Positions 51,290-59,048 of a DNA stretch of 64,000 bases are shown here, one piece after another. Below the pieces are notes generated by a model, which searched no databases, was not told the origin of the DNA, and saw only the letters and a program-made list of their open reading frames with translations. The position numbers were made by a program, and so were the translations under genes. The stretch's first letter is position 1; each line of letters opens with the position of its first letter. The stretch is from a virus (Duplodnaviria; Heunggongvirae; Uroviricota; Caudoviricetes): the IMG/VR virus record IMGVR_UViG_3300018481_000018, positions 67,759 to 131,758 of that record; one strand, 5' to 3'.

Positions 51290-51671
51290 GCCCTACCAGG
51301 GCACGCAGCGTTGGTTCGGGCAGGCGTTCGACTCGCCGATGTACGAGGGCATGCCCGAGGTTCCCACTCCGGTCGGCAAGGACTGCGGCTTCTGCGATGA
51401 GCCGATCCTCGAGGGCGAGCCCGGCCTGACGATGCCGGGCCTCGTGAAGCAAGGTGCGGACTGGGAGCCGATTCAGATGGCCATCCATACCGAGTGCCAG
51501 ATCCGCTCGGTCCTCGGTGGTCCCTCACACCTGGACGGCACCTGCTCGTGCCACTCGGACTGCGGCCCAGTCGAGAACGTCGTCGCTGGCAAGACTGACC
51601 GCGAGGAAGCGCGCGAGGTCATTGCTCGCGTGTGGGGCCCCGATTGGCAGACCTCTGCTGTACGGCCCTAG
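51276..51671 (+). CDS. hypothetical Cys-rich protein (131 aa)
   Basis: GTG 51276 preceded by AAGGACAAGG; GC3 rises from there; ORF track 51243..51671. Confidence 0.5.
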   Translation: MPETEPYQGTQRWFGQAFDSPMYEGMPEVPTPVGKDCGFCDEPILEGEPGLTMPGLVKQGADWEPIQMAIHTECQIRSVLGGPSHLDGTCSCHSDCGPVENVVAGKTDREEAREVIARVWGPDWQTSAVRP

Positions 51672-51674
51672 CGG

Positions 51675-51839
51675 TCAGGCGTTGTCGACGCCCTTCAGCT
51701 CGTCGATGAGCTCTTCAAGCCGCTGGTCGTAGGCGCGCTCACGTGCCGAGTCGACCTGCGCCCAGCTGATCAGCATGCCCAGGATCGCGCCCACCAGGAA
51801 GGCGATGAGCAGCGGCACCGCCTTGTCGAAGAGCTTCAT
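51675..51839 (-). CDS. small membrane protein (54 aa)
   Basis: ATG 51839 (MKLFDKAVPLLIAFLVGAILGMLISW..); near-saturated GC3. Confidence 0.45.
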   Translation of the reverse strand: MKLFDKAVPLLIAFLVGAILGMLISWAQVDSARERAYDQRLEELIDELKGVDNA

Positions 51840-51854
51840 GTGTTCATCGTAGGG

Positions 51855-51868
51855 CAATCCGAACAAAG
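51855..51868 (+). promoter_or_regulatory. promoter-like motif CAATCCGAACAAAG upstream of tRNA cluster
   Basis: Same core as other copies; ~95 nt before first tRNA. Confidence 0.5.
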
Positions 51869-51962
51869 ATCGTGTACCCTCGCCGCATGAGATTCGGAAG
51901 GCACTGGCGCAACTCCGCCTGATCGTCGGCTACGTGCGGCCGGCGATCAGCCATGGCCCGTA

Positions 51963-52034
51963 GCTCAGCGGAAAGAGCACCCGCCTCCTAAGCGGTTGGC
52001 GCAGGTTCGAGTCCTGCCGGGCCAGCACGAGTGG
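51963..52034 (+). tRNA. tRNA-Arg (anticodon CCT)
   Basis: Manual cloverleaf: acceptor TGGCCCG/CGGGCCA, D-stem GCTC/GAGC, anticodon loop CTCCTAA, T-arm GCAGG-TTCGAGT-CCTGC. Confidence 0.75.
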
Positions 52035-52039
52035 GCATA

Positions 52040-52113
52040 GCTCAAGTTGGCAGAGCATCGGTCTCCAAAACCGAAGGTTGCAGGTTCGAGCCCTGCTGCC
52101 CATGCGATCCGGA
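52040..52113 (+). tRNA. tRNA-Trp (anticodon CCA)
   Basis: Manual cloverleaf: anticodon stem TCGGT/ACCGA perfect, loop CTCCAAA, T-arm GCAGG-TTCGAGC-CCTGC. Confidence 0.75.
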
Positions 52114-52168
52114 CTACGACCTCGGCCGAGATGAGGCACGAGCATCAATGATCCGGACTGGTCCCGTA

Positions 52169-52241
52169 GCTCAAGTGGCAGAGCGCCCGGCCCGAAGCTG
52201 GGAGGCTGGAGGTTCGAGTCCTCCCGGGAACGCAGGATGGG
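52169..52241 (+). tRNA. tRNA, isotype uncertain (anticodon loop CCCGAAG reads CGA with C33; short variable arm)
   Basis: Acceptor GGTCCCG/CGGGAAC (one G.A mismatch), D-arm GCTC-AAGTGGCA-GAGC, T-arm GGAGG-TTCGAGT-CCTCC. Confidence 0.55.
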
Positions 52242-52599
52242 CATGTGTTTGCATAAAGGCGCATAAGTGCACTAAGTTAGCCTACTTAGCGCCTAAGTCG
52301 CCCCATAGCCGCTCGTTCGGGGGCGAATTGGACATATAACACCCGTCTGTACAGGCAATTCGGGACCGGTTCTCGAATCCTGGCAAATCAGATGGACAAG
52401 TCTTTCGATTTTGCAGACAAGGCGACACAGTAGGTGGTATGGCTGCCGGTCACCCCTACCCGCACAGCCGTGTCAGGAACATGGCTGAGCTCTATACGCG
52501 CGCCTACTGGCGCTACTACGTCGTGGCGGTGACGTGGGCAGGAGTCAGTTGCGCGTGCTTCCAACTCCTGCCCGCACCGTTCTCGCCTAGGTAGTCGCC

Positions 52600-53214
52600 C
52601 TACTCGTAGATCTCCAGGGCGGCGTGGCCGAACAGGCAGCCGCCTCCAGCCTTCGCGGCTCCCCATCCTCCGCCGCCGGCGAGCGCTCCAATCACGGCGA
52701 GGCCGCCGCAGCGGAACATCAGCTTGTTCGTCTCCAGGAGCGTGTTGTTCACGGCCTTCTGGCCCGCGCCGCAGGTCGACTGGTTCACGCTGATCGGGTT
52801 CCAGATGATGCACGAGTTGAACTTCAGGTTCTCGCGCCACCAGTCGATCGGGCCTGCCTGGGCCTTCCAGGTGCCAGCTGCCTGCATGGCTGCCTGCTTC
52901 TTGGCGAGACGCTTGCGGATGTGCTTGGGCAGTCTCTTGCCCTTGGCGTTGCCGAGCTTGCCCTTGTCGAACTGGCGGGTCCTCTTCTTGGCCCACTCGT
53001 TCTGACAGTCCGTCTCGCAGACCGGGTACTTCAGACTGGCTCCCGCTACAGGACCCTCGGTCGCATTGGTGGCTGGTGCCCCTTCGGCCGTCTTCGCGTC
53101 GTAGACGAGCATCCCAATGAGTAGGACCAGGACTACCGGGGCGACTGTCAGCCACCACTTCTTCGTTCCGATCGCGTTCTTCAGGTGGCTCTCTCTCTGT
53201 TCGGTGTCGTTCAT
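52600..53214 (-). CDS. membrane-anchored Cys-containing protein (204 aa)
   Basis: ATG 53214 preceded by GAAGGAGTGTC; TM WWLTVAPVVLVLLIGMLVY; Gly-rich C-terminus. Confidence 0.55.
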   Translation of the reverse strand: MNDTEQRESHLKNAIGTKKWWLTVAPVVLVLLIGMLVYDAKTAEGAPATNATEGPVAGASLKYPVCETDCQNEWAKKRTRQFDKGKLGNAKGKRLPKHIRKRLAKKQAAMQAAGTWKAQAGPIDWWRENLKFNSCIIWNPISVNQSTCGAGQKAVNNTLLETNKLMFRCGGLAVIGALAGGGGWGAAKAGGGCLFGHAALEIYE

Positions 53215-53264
53215 GACACTCCTTCGTGACATGCGTCCGGGGGAGACGCTTCCGAGTCCGAACT

Positions 53265-53293
53265 GAATGTTCGGATTCCCAATGTTCGGTTAC
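53265..53293 (-). promoter_or_regulatory. two tandem promoter-like motif copies (GAATGTTCGGATTCCCAATGTTCGGTTAC)
   Basis: Seen in sequence; 50-80 nt upstream of - strand gene start 53214. Confidence 0.5.
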
Positions 53294-53439
53294 AGCAGCG
53301 CAAAGGTCAATGCTCGTCGTGTACCTTCTGTGGCGGTCGGGCCTCGCGTCCCTCCGATGGGAGGGGAAGTGACCTCACTGGATCGAGAGCCGGTGAGCGA
53401 TCGGGGAAGAGCGCGGGGCCTGACCGTTTGTCTCGGCGC

Positions 53440-53452
53440 GTCGAAACCGACG
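53440..53452 (+). promoter_or_regulatory. motif variant GTCGAAACCGACG (cf. GTCGAAACCGAACATT at 61905)
   Basis: ~30 nt upstream of ATG 53482. Confidence 0.3.
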
Positions 53453-53481
53453 GCCGTCCATTCAGGGTGATACTGGCGGCC

Positions 53482-53757
53482 ATGATGATGGAGACGCTGC
53501 GCCTGATGGAGAAGCAGTACGACGTCGTGCTCGGGCCATGTCCAGGCTGCCAGCTCTGGCAGCTCGACTACACATACACCGCCGCCCAGACCTACACCTC
53601 GATCCGAATCAGTGAGATGTTCGAGTTCGGGTCCTCGGATCCCGTGACCTTCCCGGACATCGACATCTCCGGCTTCCACGAGGCCGTGGAGAGCGCTCTC
53701 CAGGAGCATCTCGAGGAGTGCCCGCACCTCCAGCGCGCGCTGTTCGACTTCGGCTGA
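53482..53757 (+). CDS. hypothetical protein with CPGC (91 aa; ORF-track start 53428)
   Basis: ATG triplet at 53482-53490; GC3 rises there. Confidence 0.45.
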   Translation: MMMETLRLMEKQYDVVLGPCPGCQLWQLDYTYTAAQTYTSIRISEMFEFGSSDPVTFPDIDISGFHEAVESALQEHLEECPHLQRALFDFG

Positions 53758-53896
53758 TTTTTCCGAACAAACGCGGCGAAGTTCCTGGTGAACGTCGTGG
53801 CCGTCATCTAATGTGCATAGCAGCCGGCGTGGCGGAGGACCCCGTTGCTCTCCACGCCGGTCACCATGCCGCTACCAACAGGCCCTGGGAGGCCGA

Positions 53897-54154
53897 GTGA
53901 CTTCCAGTCCGTGTGAACTTCACGAGCTGACGAACTGCTCGACGTGCACTGGCGTCGACAAGCGTCACGAGGAGACCTTGCGAGAAGTGCCCTGGGATCG
54001 AGGCTCCCTGCCCAGGATCAGGGGTGGGCCGACTATCTGGGCGCAGTACGCCGGCAACTGCCTCAGCTGCGGCCGTCGCTGGGAGCCGGGGGCCCCGATT
54101 CATCGTTCCGAGGAGTACGACGGTTGGATCGGCGTGGAGTGCTGCGCATCATGA
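53897..54154 (+). CDS. zinc-ribbon-like small protein (85 aa)
   Basis: GTG 53897 preceded by GGGAGG; CxxC..CxxC..CC; upstream ORF-track codons have low GC3. Confidence 0.45.
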   Translation: MTSSPCELHELTNCSTCTGVDKRHEETLREVPWDRGSLPRIRGGPTIWAQYAGNCLSCGRRWEPGAPIHRSEEYDGWIGVECCAS

Positions 54155-54840
54155 GTGGCTCGAAAGCTGGGCCGCCTCCCGGGTTACCTATGAACATGCG
54201 TCTGGATCCGATCGTCGCCGAGCAGGGCCCCTGGATCTGGTGGGTGGTCACCGACTATGGCCTGCGAACGGCCTGGACAGGAGAACCGATGAAGTGTCCT
54301 GTGTGCGGAGGTGGTCGCGAGGCGATGCCGACCTGTGATGAGTGCCGGGGGACTGGCTTCGTGAACCACGTGCCGTTTGCCGATCGGCCTTGGGACGAGA
54401 TCGTTCCGCATCTGTGGCTCGGCGGTCACGACTGTCAGCCGAACGGGGCCGCTGGATGCCCGGACGGCAACGTGTTCATCCACGAGAAGGATGGCTTCGA
54501 CTTGGTGGTGAGTCTTCACTATCGGTTCGGCAACTCGCCTCCGATGTTCACCGAGCACCACACCTATCGACTGGCCGATTCGGATCTGGATCCCGAGCAT
54601 CACACCCATCTCGACGAGATGGCCGAGGTCGTGGAGAAGTCGGTACGCAACGGCCGCAAGACTCTTGTGCGATGCCAGGCCGGCCTGAACCGCTCGGCCC
54701 TGATCGCGGGGTTAGCCATGCTGCGGCTGGGCTACTCGGCCGATGATGCGATTCGGGCGATGCGCCAGAAGCGCTCGCCCTACGTTCTGTGCAACGAGTC
54801 GTTCGTTGCCTACCTCAAGGACAAGGAGAAGGAGAACTGA
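54151..54840 (+). CDS. dual-specificity protein phosphatase with N-terminal CxxC zinc ribbon
   Basis: CX5R active-site loop VRCQAGLNRSALIAG (HCxxGxxRS-type); ATG 54151 overlaps upstream stop (ATGA). Confidence 0.7.
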   Translation: MSGSKAGPPPGLPMNMRLDPIVAEQGPWIWWVVTDYGLRTAWTGEPMKCPVCGGGREAMPTCDECRGTGFVNHVPFADRPWDEIVPHLWLGGHDCQPNGAAGCPDGNVFIHEKDGFDLVVSLHYRFGNSPPMFTEHHTYRLADSDLDPEHHTHLDEMAEVVEKSVRNGRKTLVRCQAGLNRSALIAGLAMLRLGYSADDAIRAMRQKRSPYVLCNESFVAYLKDKEKEN

Positions 54841-55523
54841 TGGTCAAGATGGCTCTGGTGTCGCGGTCCACTTTGGATGGGCCCACCGATGAAGAGATCA
54901 TGCACGTGCTCGGCCTGACGGCCACCTCGACCGGGCAGCTGTGCGATCGCCTGCGCAACCTGTTCACAGGTCGCGACATTCACTCGGGCGAGAAGTTGCT
55001 CACCGAGATGCAGCAGCGGGTCCGCCAGGTGAACGTAGCCAACGGGTGGTTCGACGAGGATCGGTCCTTGGGCGACGGGATCGCCCTGATTCACTCGGAG
55101 ATCTCGGAAATGTTCGAGGCGTACCGCGACCACGGGTTCCGCGACGCGACCCTCGATCACCTTGGCTCGGGGAAGCTGGAAGATCGAGGCAAGTTGCCCA
55201 AGCCTGAAGGCTTCGGGTCCGAGGCTGCCGATGTGCTGGTGCGGATCCTGGATGAGTCCGACCGTCAGGGTTGGACCCTGGATTGGCCCACGCTCCAGGA
55301 GGTTTCGGACTGGGACTACGACGACTTCGACAACCAGGCGACCGTGGGCGCGCACATTGCGAGCATGCATCAGCTGACCGCTCGGGTCGAGATCAACAAG
55401 CTGCTGAGCTACCTCGTGACGTGGTGCCGGCGACTCGATGACATCCACCTCCAGGAGGAGTTCGAGCGGAAGCTGGCCTACAACGCCACGCGCGGCCACA
55501 AGCACGGCGGGAAGCTCCTGTGA
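54840..55523 (+). CDS. MazG-like nucleoside triphosphate pyrophosphohydrolase
   Basis: ALIHSEISEMFEAYR and EAADVLVRILD helices match MazG EExxE/D metal-binding pattern; TGATG overlap. Confidence 0.7.
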   Translation: MVKMALVSRSTLDGPTDEEIMHVLGLTATSTGQLCDRLRNLFTGRDIHSGEKLLTEMQQRVRQVNVANGWFDEDRSLGDGIALIHSEISEMFEAYRDHGFRDATLDHLGSGKLEDRGKLPKPEGFGSEAADVLVRILDESDRQGWTLDWPTLQEVSDWDYDDFDNQATVGAHIASMHQLTARVEINKLLSYLVTWCRRLDDIHLQEEFERKLAYNATRGHKHGGKLL

Positions 55524-55858
55524 ACGGGGCAGAGCGCATCGCTGCCGAGCGTCGTCGGCAGGTCGAGGGGGAGGGGTATGACCCCGAGCATGATGCCGAG
55601 CACCGAAGCGGCGCTTTGGCGTACGCGGCTGCCTGCTATGCCGCACCGGAGACGATCTATCACCTGACTGTTGACGAGCATGTCGATCCCGATGGCGTGC
55701 CCGTCGGGAAGATGGTGTGGCATGAGCCGTGGCCGACGCAGTGGAAGCGTCGCGCGCAGAACACCACCACGCGCGTCGATCGCCTCGACGACCTGACCAA
55801 GGCCGGCGCACTGATTGCGGCCGAGATCGACCGGCTGCTTGCCCAGGAGGAGCTGTGA
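55520..55858 (+). CDS. hypothetical protein (112 aa)
   Basis: GTG 55520 overlaps upstream stop (GTGA); ORF track. Confidence 0.55.
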   Translation: MNGAERIAAERRRQVEGEGYDPEHDAEHRSGALAYAAACYAAPETIYHLTVDEHVDPDGVPVGKMVWHEPWPTQWKRRAQNTTTRVDRLDDLTKAGALIAAEIDRLLAQEEL

Positions 55859-56037
55859 GGCAGGTCTGCAACGAGGACTACTGGAAGGGCATGGAGCAGG
55901 TGCTCGCTCGCAACGGCGATCCAGAGAACCCCGGCGAGCCATGCGGGAGAATCTTCGACGACTTCGATCACTCGACCATCTGCCCTCACGAGTACTTCCC
56001 GCCTGGCCCGGTCATCCGTTCTGATGGGGCGACCTGA
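55855..56037 (+). CDS. hypothetical small protein (60 aa)
   Basis: GTG 55855 overlapping upstream stop, preceded by CAGGAGGAG. Confidence 0.45.
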   Translation: MRQVCNEDYWKGMEQVLARNGDPENPGEPCGRIFDDFDHSTICPHEYFPPGPVIRSDGAT

Positions 56038-56672
56038 TGCGCGCGACGTTCCGCCCTCTCCGCATGGAGACCTGGGACGGCGAGCCGACGCCGGATTGGG
56101 AGCGTCGCTCTCGGAACACGTTCTCAGCCTCCTGGCTGGACACGTTGGACCTGCTGGGTCGCGAGCTCGAGCACCTCGGCGCGGAGCGGTTCGTGATCGA
56201 AGCTGACTTCGCGGAATCAGACATCCGTCTGGATGGGATGCCACGTTCCGGCGCGAAGGCTCCGAAGTTTCCCGGCATCCGAGTGGCGTTCGACTCCAAG
56301 CACGGCCCTCTGGTCTACCAGGCCGACAACTGCCTCTACTGGCAGCACAACGTCCGGTCGATCGCCCTAGGTCTTCAGGCGTTGCGCGCGGTTGACCGAT
56401 ACGGCATCACTCACAGGGCCGAGCAGTACACCGGCTTCAAGGCCCTGCCGAGCGGGGGTAGCAACGGCGGGATCACCGCCGAAGAGGCCAAGGCGCTGCT
56501 GGTCAACCGAAGTGGCATGCGCGAGTGGCCTACCAACCCGGATGCTGTTCGCAAGCTGGTGCGCCTGGCTCGGGCCCGGGCGCATCCTGACGTCTTCGAT
56601 GGTGACCACGCTCCTTGGAACGAGGTCGAAGGTGCGATCACGCACCTGAGGAAGGAGAGGGTGATCGCATGA
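56037..56672 (+). CDS. hypothetical protein with C-terminal J-domain-like segment
   Basis: ..LVRLARARAHPDVFDGDHAPWNEVEGAITHL contains HPD tripeptide in J-domain-like helical context; TGATG coupling. Confidence 0.5.
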   Translation: MRATFRPLRMETWDGEPTPDWERRSRNTFSASWLDTLDLLGRELEHLGAERFVIEADFAESDIRLDGMPRSGAKAPKFPGIRVAFDSKHGPLVYQADNCLYWQHNVRSIALGLQALRAVDRYGITHRAEQYTGFKALPSGGSNGGITAEEAKALLVNRSGMREWPTNPDAVRKLVRLARARAHPDVFDGDHAPWNEVEGAITHLRKERVIA

Positions 56673-56818
56673 TCTGTCGTCTACGAGTGGCGCTCTTCGG
56701 TTTCCAGAAGGGGCATGACTGGAAGCCGATTACGGGAACGACGACGCACTTCAAGGGGAAGCTGTCTTCGGCCCAGTACTGCCAACGGTGCGGCGAGAAC
56801 GGATGGAGGATCTTGTGA
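56669..56818 (+). CDS. small zinc-ribbon-like protein (49 aa)
   Basis: ATG 56669 overlaps upstream stop (ATGA); MICRLRVALFGFQKGHDW..CQRCGENGW. Confidence 0.4.
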   Translation: MICRLRVALFGFQKGHDWKPITGTTTHFKGKLSSAQYCQRCGENGWRIL

Positions 56819-57348
56819 GGGTCGACCAGCAGATACGCAGGAAGGGTTGGTGCGGCTTGATGAGTGAGCATCGAGGCGCTTGCTACCGCCCTGTGCATGA
56901 TGACGATCTGCACGTCACCGAAGCCGGTGATGAGTGGCATGCGGAGCTGACCGACATGGAGCGGCGCGTTCCCATCGAGCCCACGCGCACCCGGCCGGGC
57001 GACCAGGTGCTGCCTGATGGCGATGAGACCCTCTCCTCCGATCAGGAGTTCTTGATCGAGGCGGTTCAGCGGCGGCGAGAGCTGGGGGTTGAGCGGTATG
57101 GCCAAGAGCATCGCCCGTTCAACGGCCGCGACACTCTCCAGGACCTGTTCGAAGAGCAACTGGACTTCATGGTCTACCTGACCTCTCTCAAGCGGATGTC
57201 GGAGGCGTCCAGGGAAGAGGTGGTGCTGGTCATCGCCACCGAGCTCGGCAAGAACGGGTTCCAGGAGATCGTCAGCACGGCGATGGCCGACCAGATCTAC
57301 GTCCGGCTTCAGAGTTGGCTTGCCGCCAAGATGATGGAGGGGCAGTGA
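56815..57348 (+). CDS. hypothetical protein, possibly all-alpha NTP-pyrophosphatase-like (177 aa)
   Basis: GTG 56815 overlapping upstream stop, preceded by GGAGGAT; ELGVERYGQ..DLFEEQLDFMVYL. Confidence 0.45.
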   Translation: MRVDQQIRRKGWCGLMSEHRGACYRPVHDDDLHVTEAGDEWHAELTDMERRVPIEPTRTRPGDQVLPDGDETLSSDQEFLIEAVQRRRELGVERYGQEHRPFNGRDTLQDLFEEQLDFMVYLTSLKRMSEASREEVVLVIATELGKNGFQEIVSTAMADQIYVRLQSWLAAKMMEGQ

Positions 57349-57947
57349 CCGAGAAGGAGACTGCTCGCGTTGCGATGGAGTGGCCTGTCGACCTCAAGGA
57401 TCAGGTGCGCGAGAAGGTGGGTCCGCGTGGCCTGACTGACTTCACCATCGATGCGGTGCGAGCCAAGCTCGCCACTCATACCGCACACCAGGCCGCCGTC
57501 GAGGAGCTCGAAGAGGTCAAGTTCCTCGCACAGCAGCTGGCTGACGCGATCGCCCTGGGCGGTGACTACGAGGACACGGCAGAGACGCTTCGGCTGTTTG
57601 ACCTGCCGTCGTGGATCGAGACCACTGGCTGGTCCGATGAGCTTGTGGCCATCGTGCGGGACGAGGATGACTACCGACCTGCGCACCCTCCAGACAGGGG
57701 CCCGATTCGTCCCGTCGAGGATCATGAACTGCCGGCCGTGGGTGACCCGGGCACTGTCCGATCCGCGCCTCCTGTGGCCCCCAAGGGAGATCTTCTCGAA
57801 CGAGTGCGTAACAAAGCACGGGAGAAGGGAGTTGATCTCAGTGGAGTTGACCTCAGGCCGGCAACGGAGATCGAGGCTCCCCCGGCTACGAATGCCTGTC
57901 CAAACTGCGGCAGCGAGCTTGTTGCCGGCGAATGCTGGGAGTGCTGA
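57345..57947 (+). CDS. hypothetical protein with C-terminal CPNCG..C..C (200 aa)
   Basis: GTG 57345 overlaps upstream stop (GTGA). Confidence 0.5.
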   Translation: MTEKETARVAMEWPVDLKDQVREKVGPRGLTDFTIDAVRAKLATHTAHQAAVEELEEVKFLAQQLADAIALGGDYEDTAETLRLFDLPSWIETTGWSDELVAIVRDEDDYRPAHPPDRGPIRPVEDHELPAVGDPGTVRSAPPVAPKGDLLERVRNKAREKGVDLSGVDLRPATEIEAPPATNACPNCGSELVAGECWEC

Positions 57948-57951
57948 ACAT

Positions 57952-58683
57952 ATGCCTAGAACCGAGAAGGTCATCGTCGCCAACTTCTATGGAGGCGGCA
58001 ACAAGCAAGGGGATCGGCTGCGACGTTGGCTCTCCTTCATCGGGTTCCATGTTGTCTTGATCTCCGAGCTCGGCCATCTGATCGACGAGCTCGAGAAGAT
58101 CGGCAAGGTCTACTACAACCGCAAGGAGTCCAGGCCCTACGACGTGGGGATTCTCGTCTCCAGTTCTGTGATGAACCGGTCTGCGCGAGCGATCTCCTGG
58201 ATGGGCGGGAAGTTGACGCCCTTCGTCCGGCGCAAGGGTCCGGCCAAGCGTCTGTGGCGCGACCGCTGGTTCGTGCGCGTGCGGATCTGGGGTCGGGTCT
58301 ACTACTCGATCCACGCCAATGCAGCGATCACGGGCCCGAAGGGGAACTGGGTCCACAACAAGGGTGCCGCCGTCTGGAAGGAGGCCCTCCGCGAGCTCCA
58401 GGGGATGATCCGCGAGGACATCAAGAAGGGGCTGCGGGTCCGAGTTGGCGGTGACTTCAACATGATCGAGAGCGATGCGGAGAACGCGCCCAATGACTTC
58501 TTCGAAGAGCTCGGCATGAGGCATGTGCACGATCGAGTCATGTGGTTCGGGTGGAACCCCGACACTGACAGGCTCGTGGAGCACAGGGTCCTCGGCATTG
58601 CTCCAGGAGCCGATGCTCACAACGTTCTGGTCGTCAAGCTTCGGCGCATTCGACGCAAGCGGAACCGCAAGAATCGCCGCTGA
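57952..58683 (+). CDS. endonuclease/exonuclease/phosphatase (EEP) superfamily-like protein (243 aa)
   Basis: VGGDFN motif and HANAAITGP; ATG 57952; ORF-track upstream part junk. Confidence 0.55.
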   Translation: MPRTEKVIVANFYGGGNKQGDRLRRWLSFIGFHVVLISELGHLIDELEKIGKVYYNRKESRPYDVGILVSSSVMNRSARAISWMGGKLTPFVRRKGPAKRLWRDRWFVRVRIWGRVYYSIHANAAITGPKGNWVHNKGAAVWKEALRELQGMIREDIKKGLRVRVGGDFNMIESDAENAPNDFFEELGMRHVHDRVMWFGWNPDTDRLVEHRVLGIAPGADAHNVLVVKLRRIRRKRNRKNRR

Positions 58684-58695
58684 TCCAGTTGCCTC

Positions 58696-58709
58696 AATCC
58701 GAACATTCG
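58696..58709 (+). promoter_or_regulatory. promoter-like motif CAATCCGAACATTC
   Basis: Exact core; followed ~220 nt later by intrinsic terminator. Confidence 0.5.
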
Positions 58710-58962
58710 GGCATCATTGGTCCTGGCGCAGGATGGCTAGAAACGGGAACCGGTGGTGTGAACACTGGCCCCCTCGGAGTCCATGACCGCATGCAAGAGC
58801 CGTTGCTTTGGGAGTGCACCCCGGGTCTCGGTGGCTACAGACGGGTGGGGCTTCGGCCCGGATGAGGACCGTGTGCACCGCGAGCGGAATGCTGCTGATC
58901 TGAAACCAGGTTTCTGCGCCACCGTGAAAGCCCCGATTCGTTACCGCATCGGGGCTTTTTCG
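58710..58962 (+). ncRNA. candidate small non-coding RNA (promoter-to-terminator unit, ~230 nt)
   Basis: Bounded by motif at 58696 and hairpin+U-tract at 58927-58962; no ORF with RBS inside. Confidence 0.35.
58927..58962 (+). terminator. rho-independent terminator AAAGCCCCGAT(tcgttaccgc)ATCGGGGCTTTTTCG
   Basis: 11-bp stem plus T5 tract; only canonical U-tract terminator in window. Confidence 0.75.
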
Positions 58963-59048
58963 TGCGCTAGGGTTGGTCTCGGTCGGGTTGGGCGTCACGG
59001 CCCCCTCGCAGCCAGTCCCGTTGAGTACTACTCCAGGAGGTTGCGATC

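Noticed and set aside
51930-52339. ORF-track entries 51930-52244 (-) and 52031-52339 (+)
   Set aside because: They lie over three hand-folded tRNA genes. The translations contain the tRNA-derived codons and have no RBS.
52388-53158. 256-aa minus ORF
   Set aside because: The composition is Arg/Gly/Pro-rich junk in an alternative frame of the real membrane-protein gene 52600-53214 and the non-coding tract upstream.
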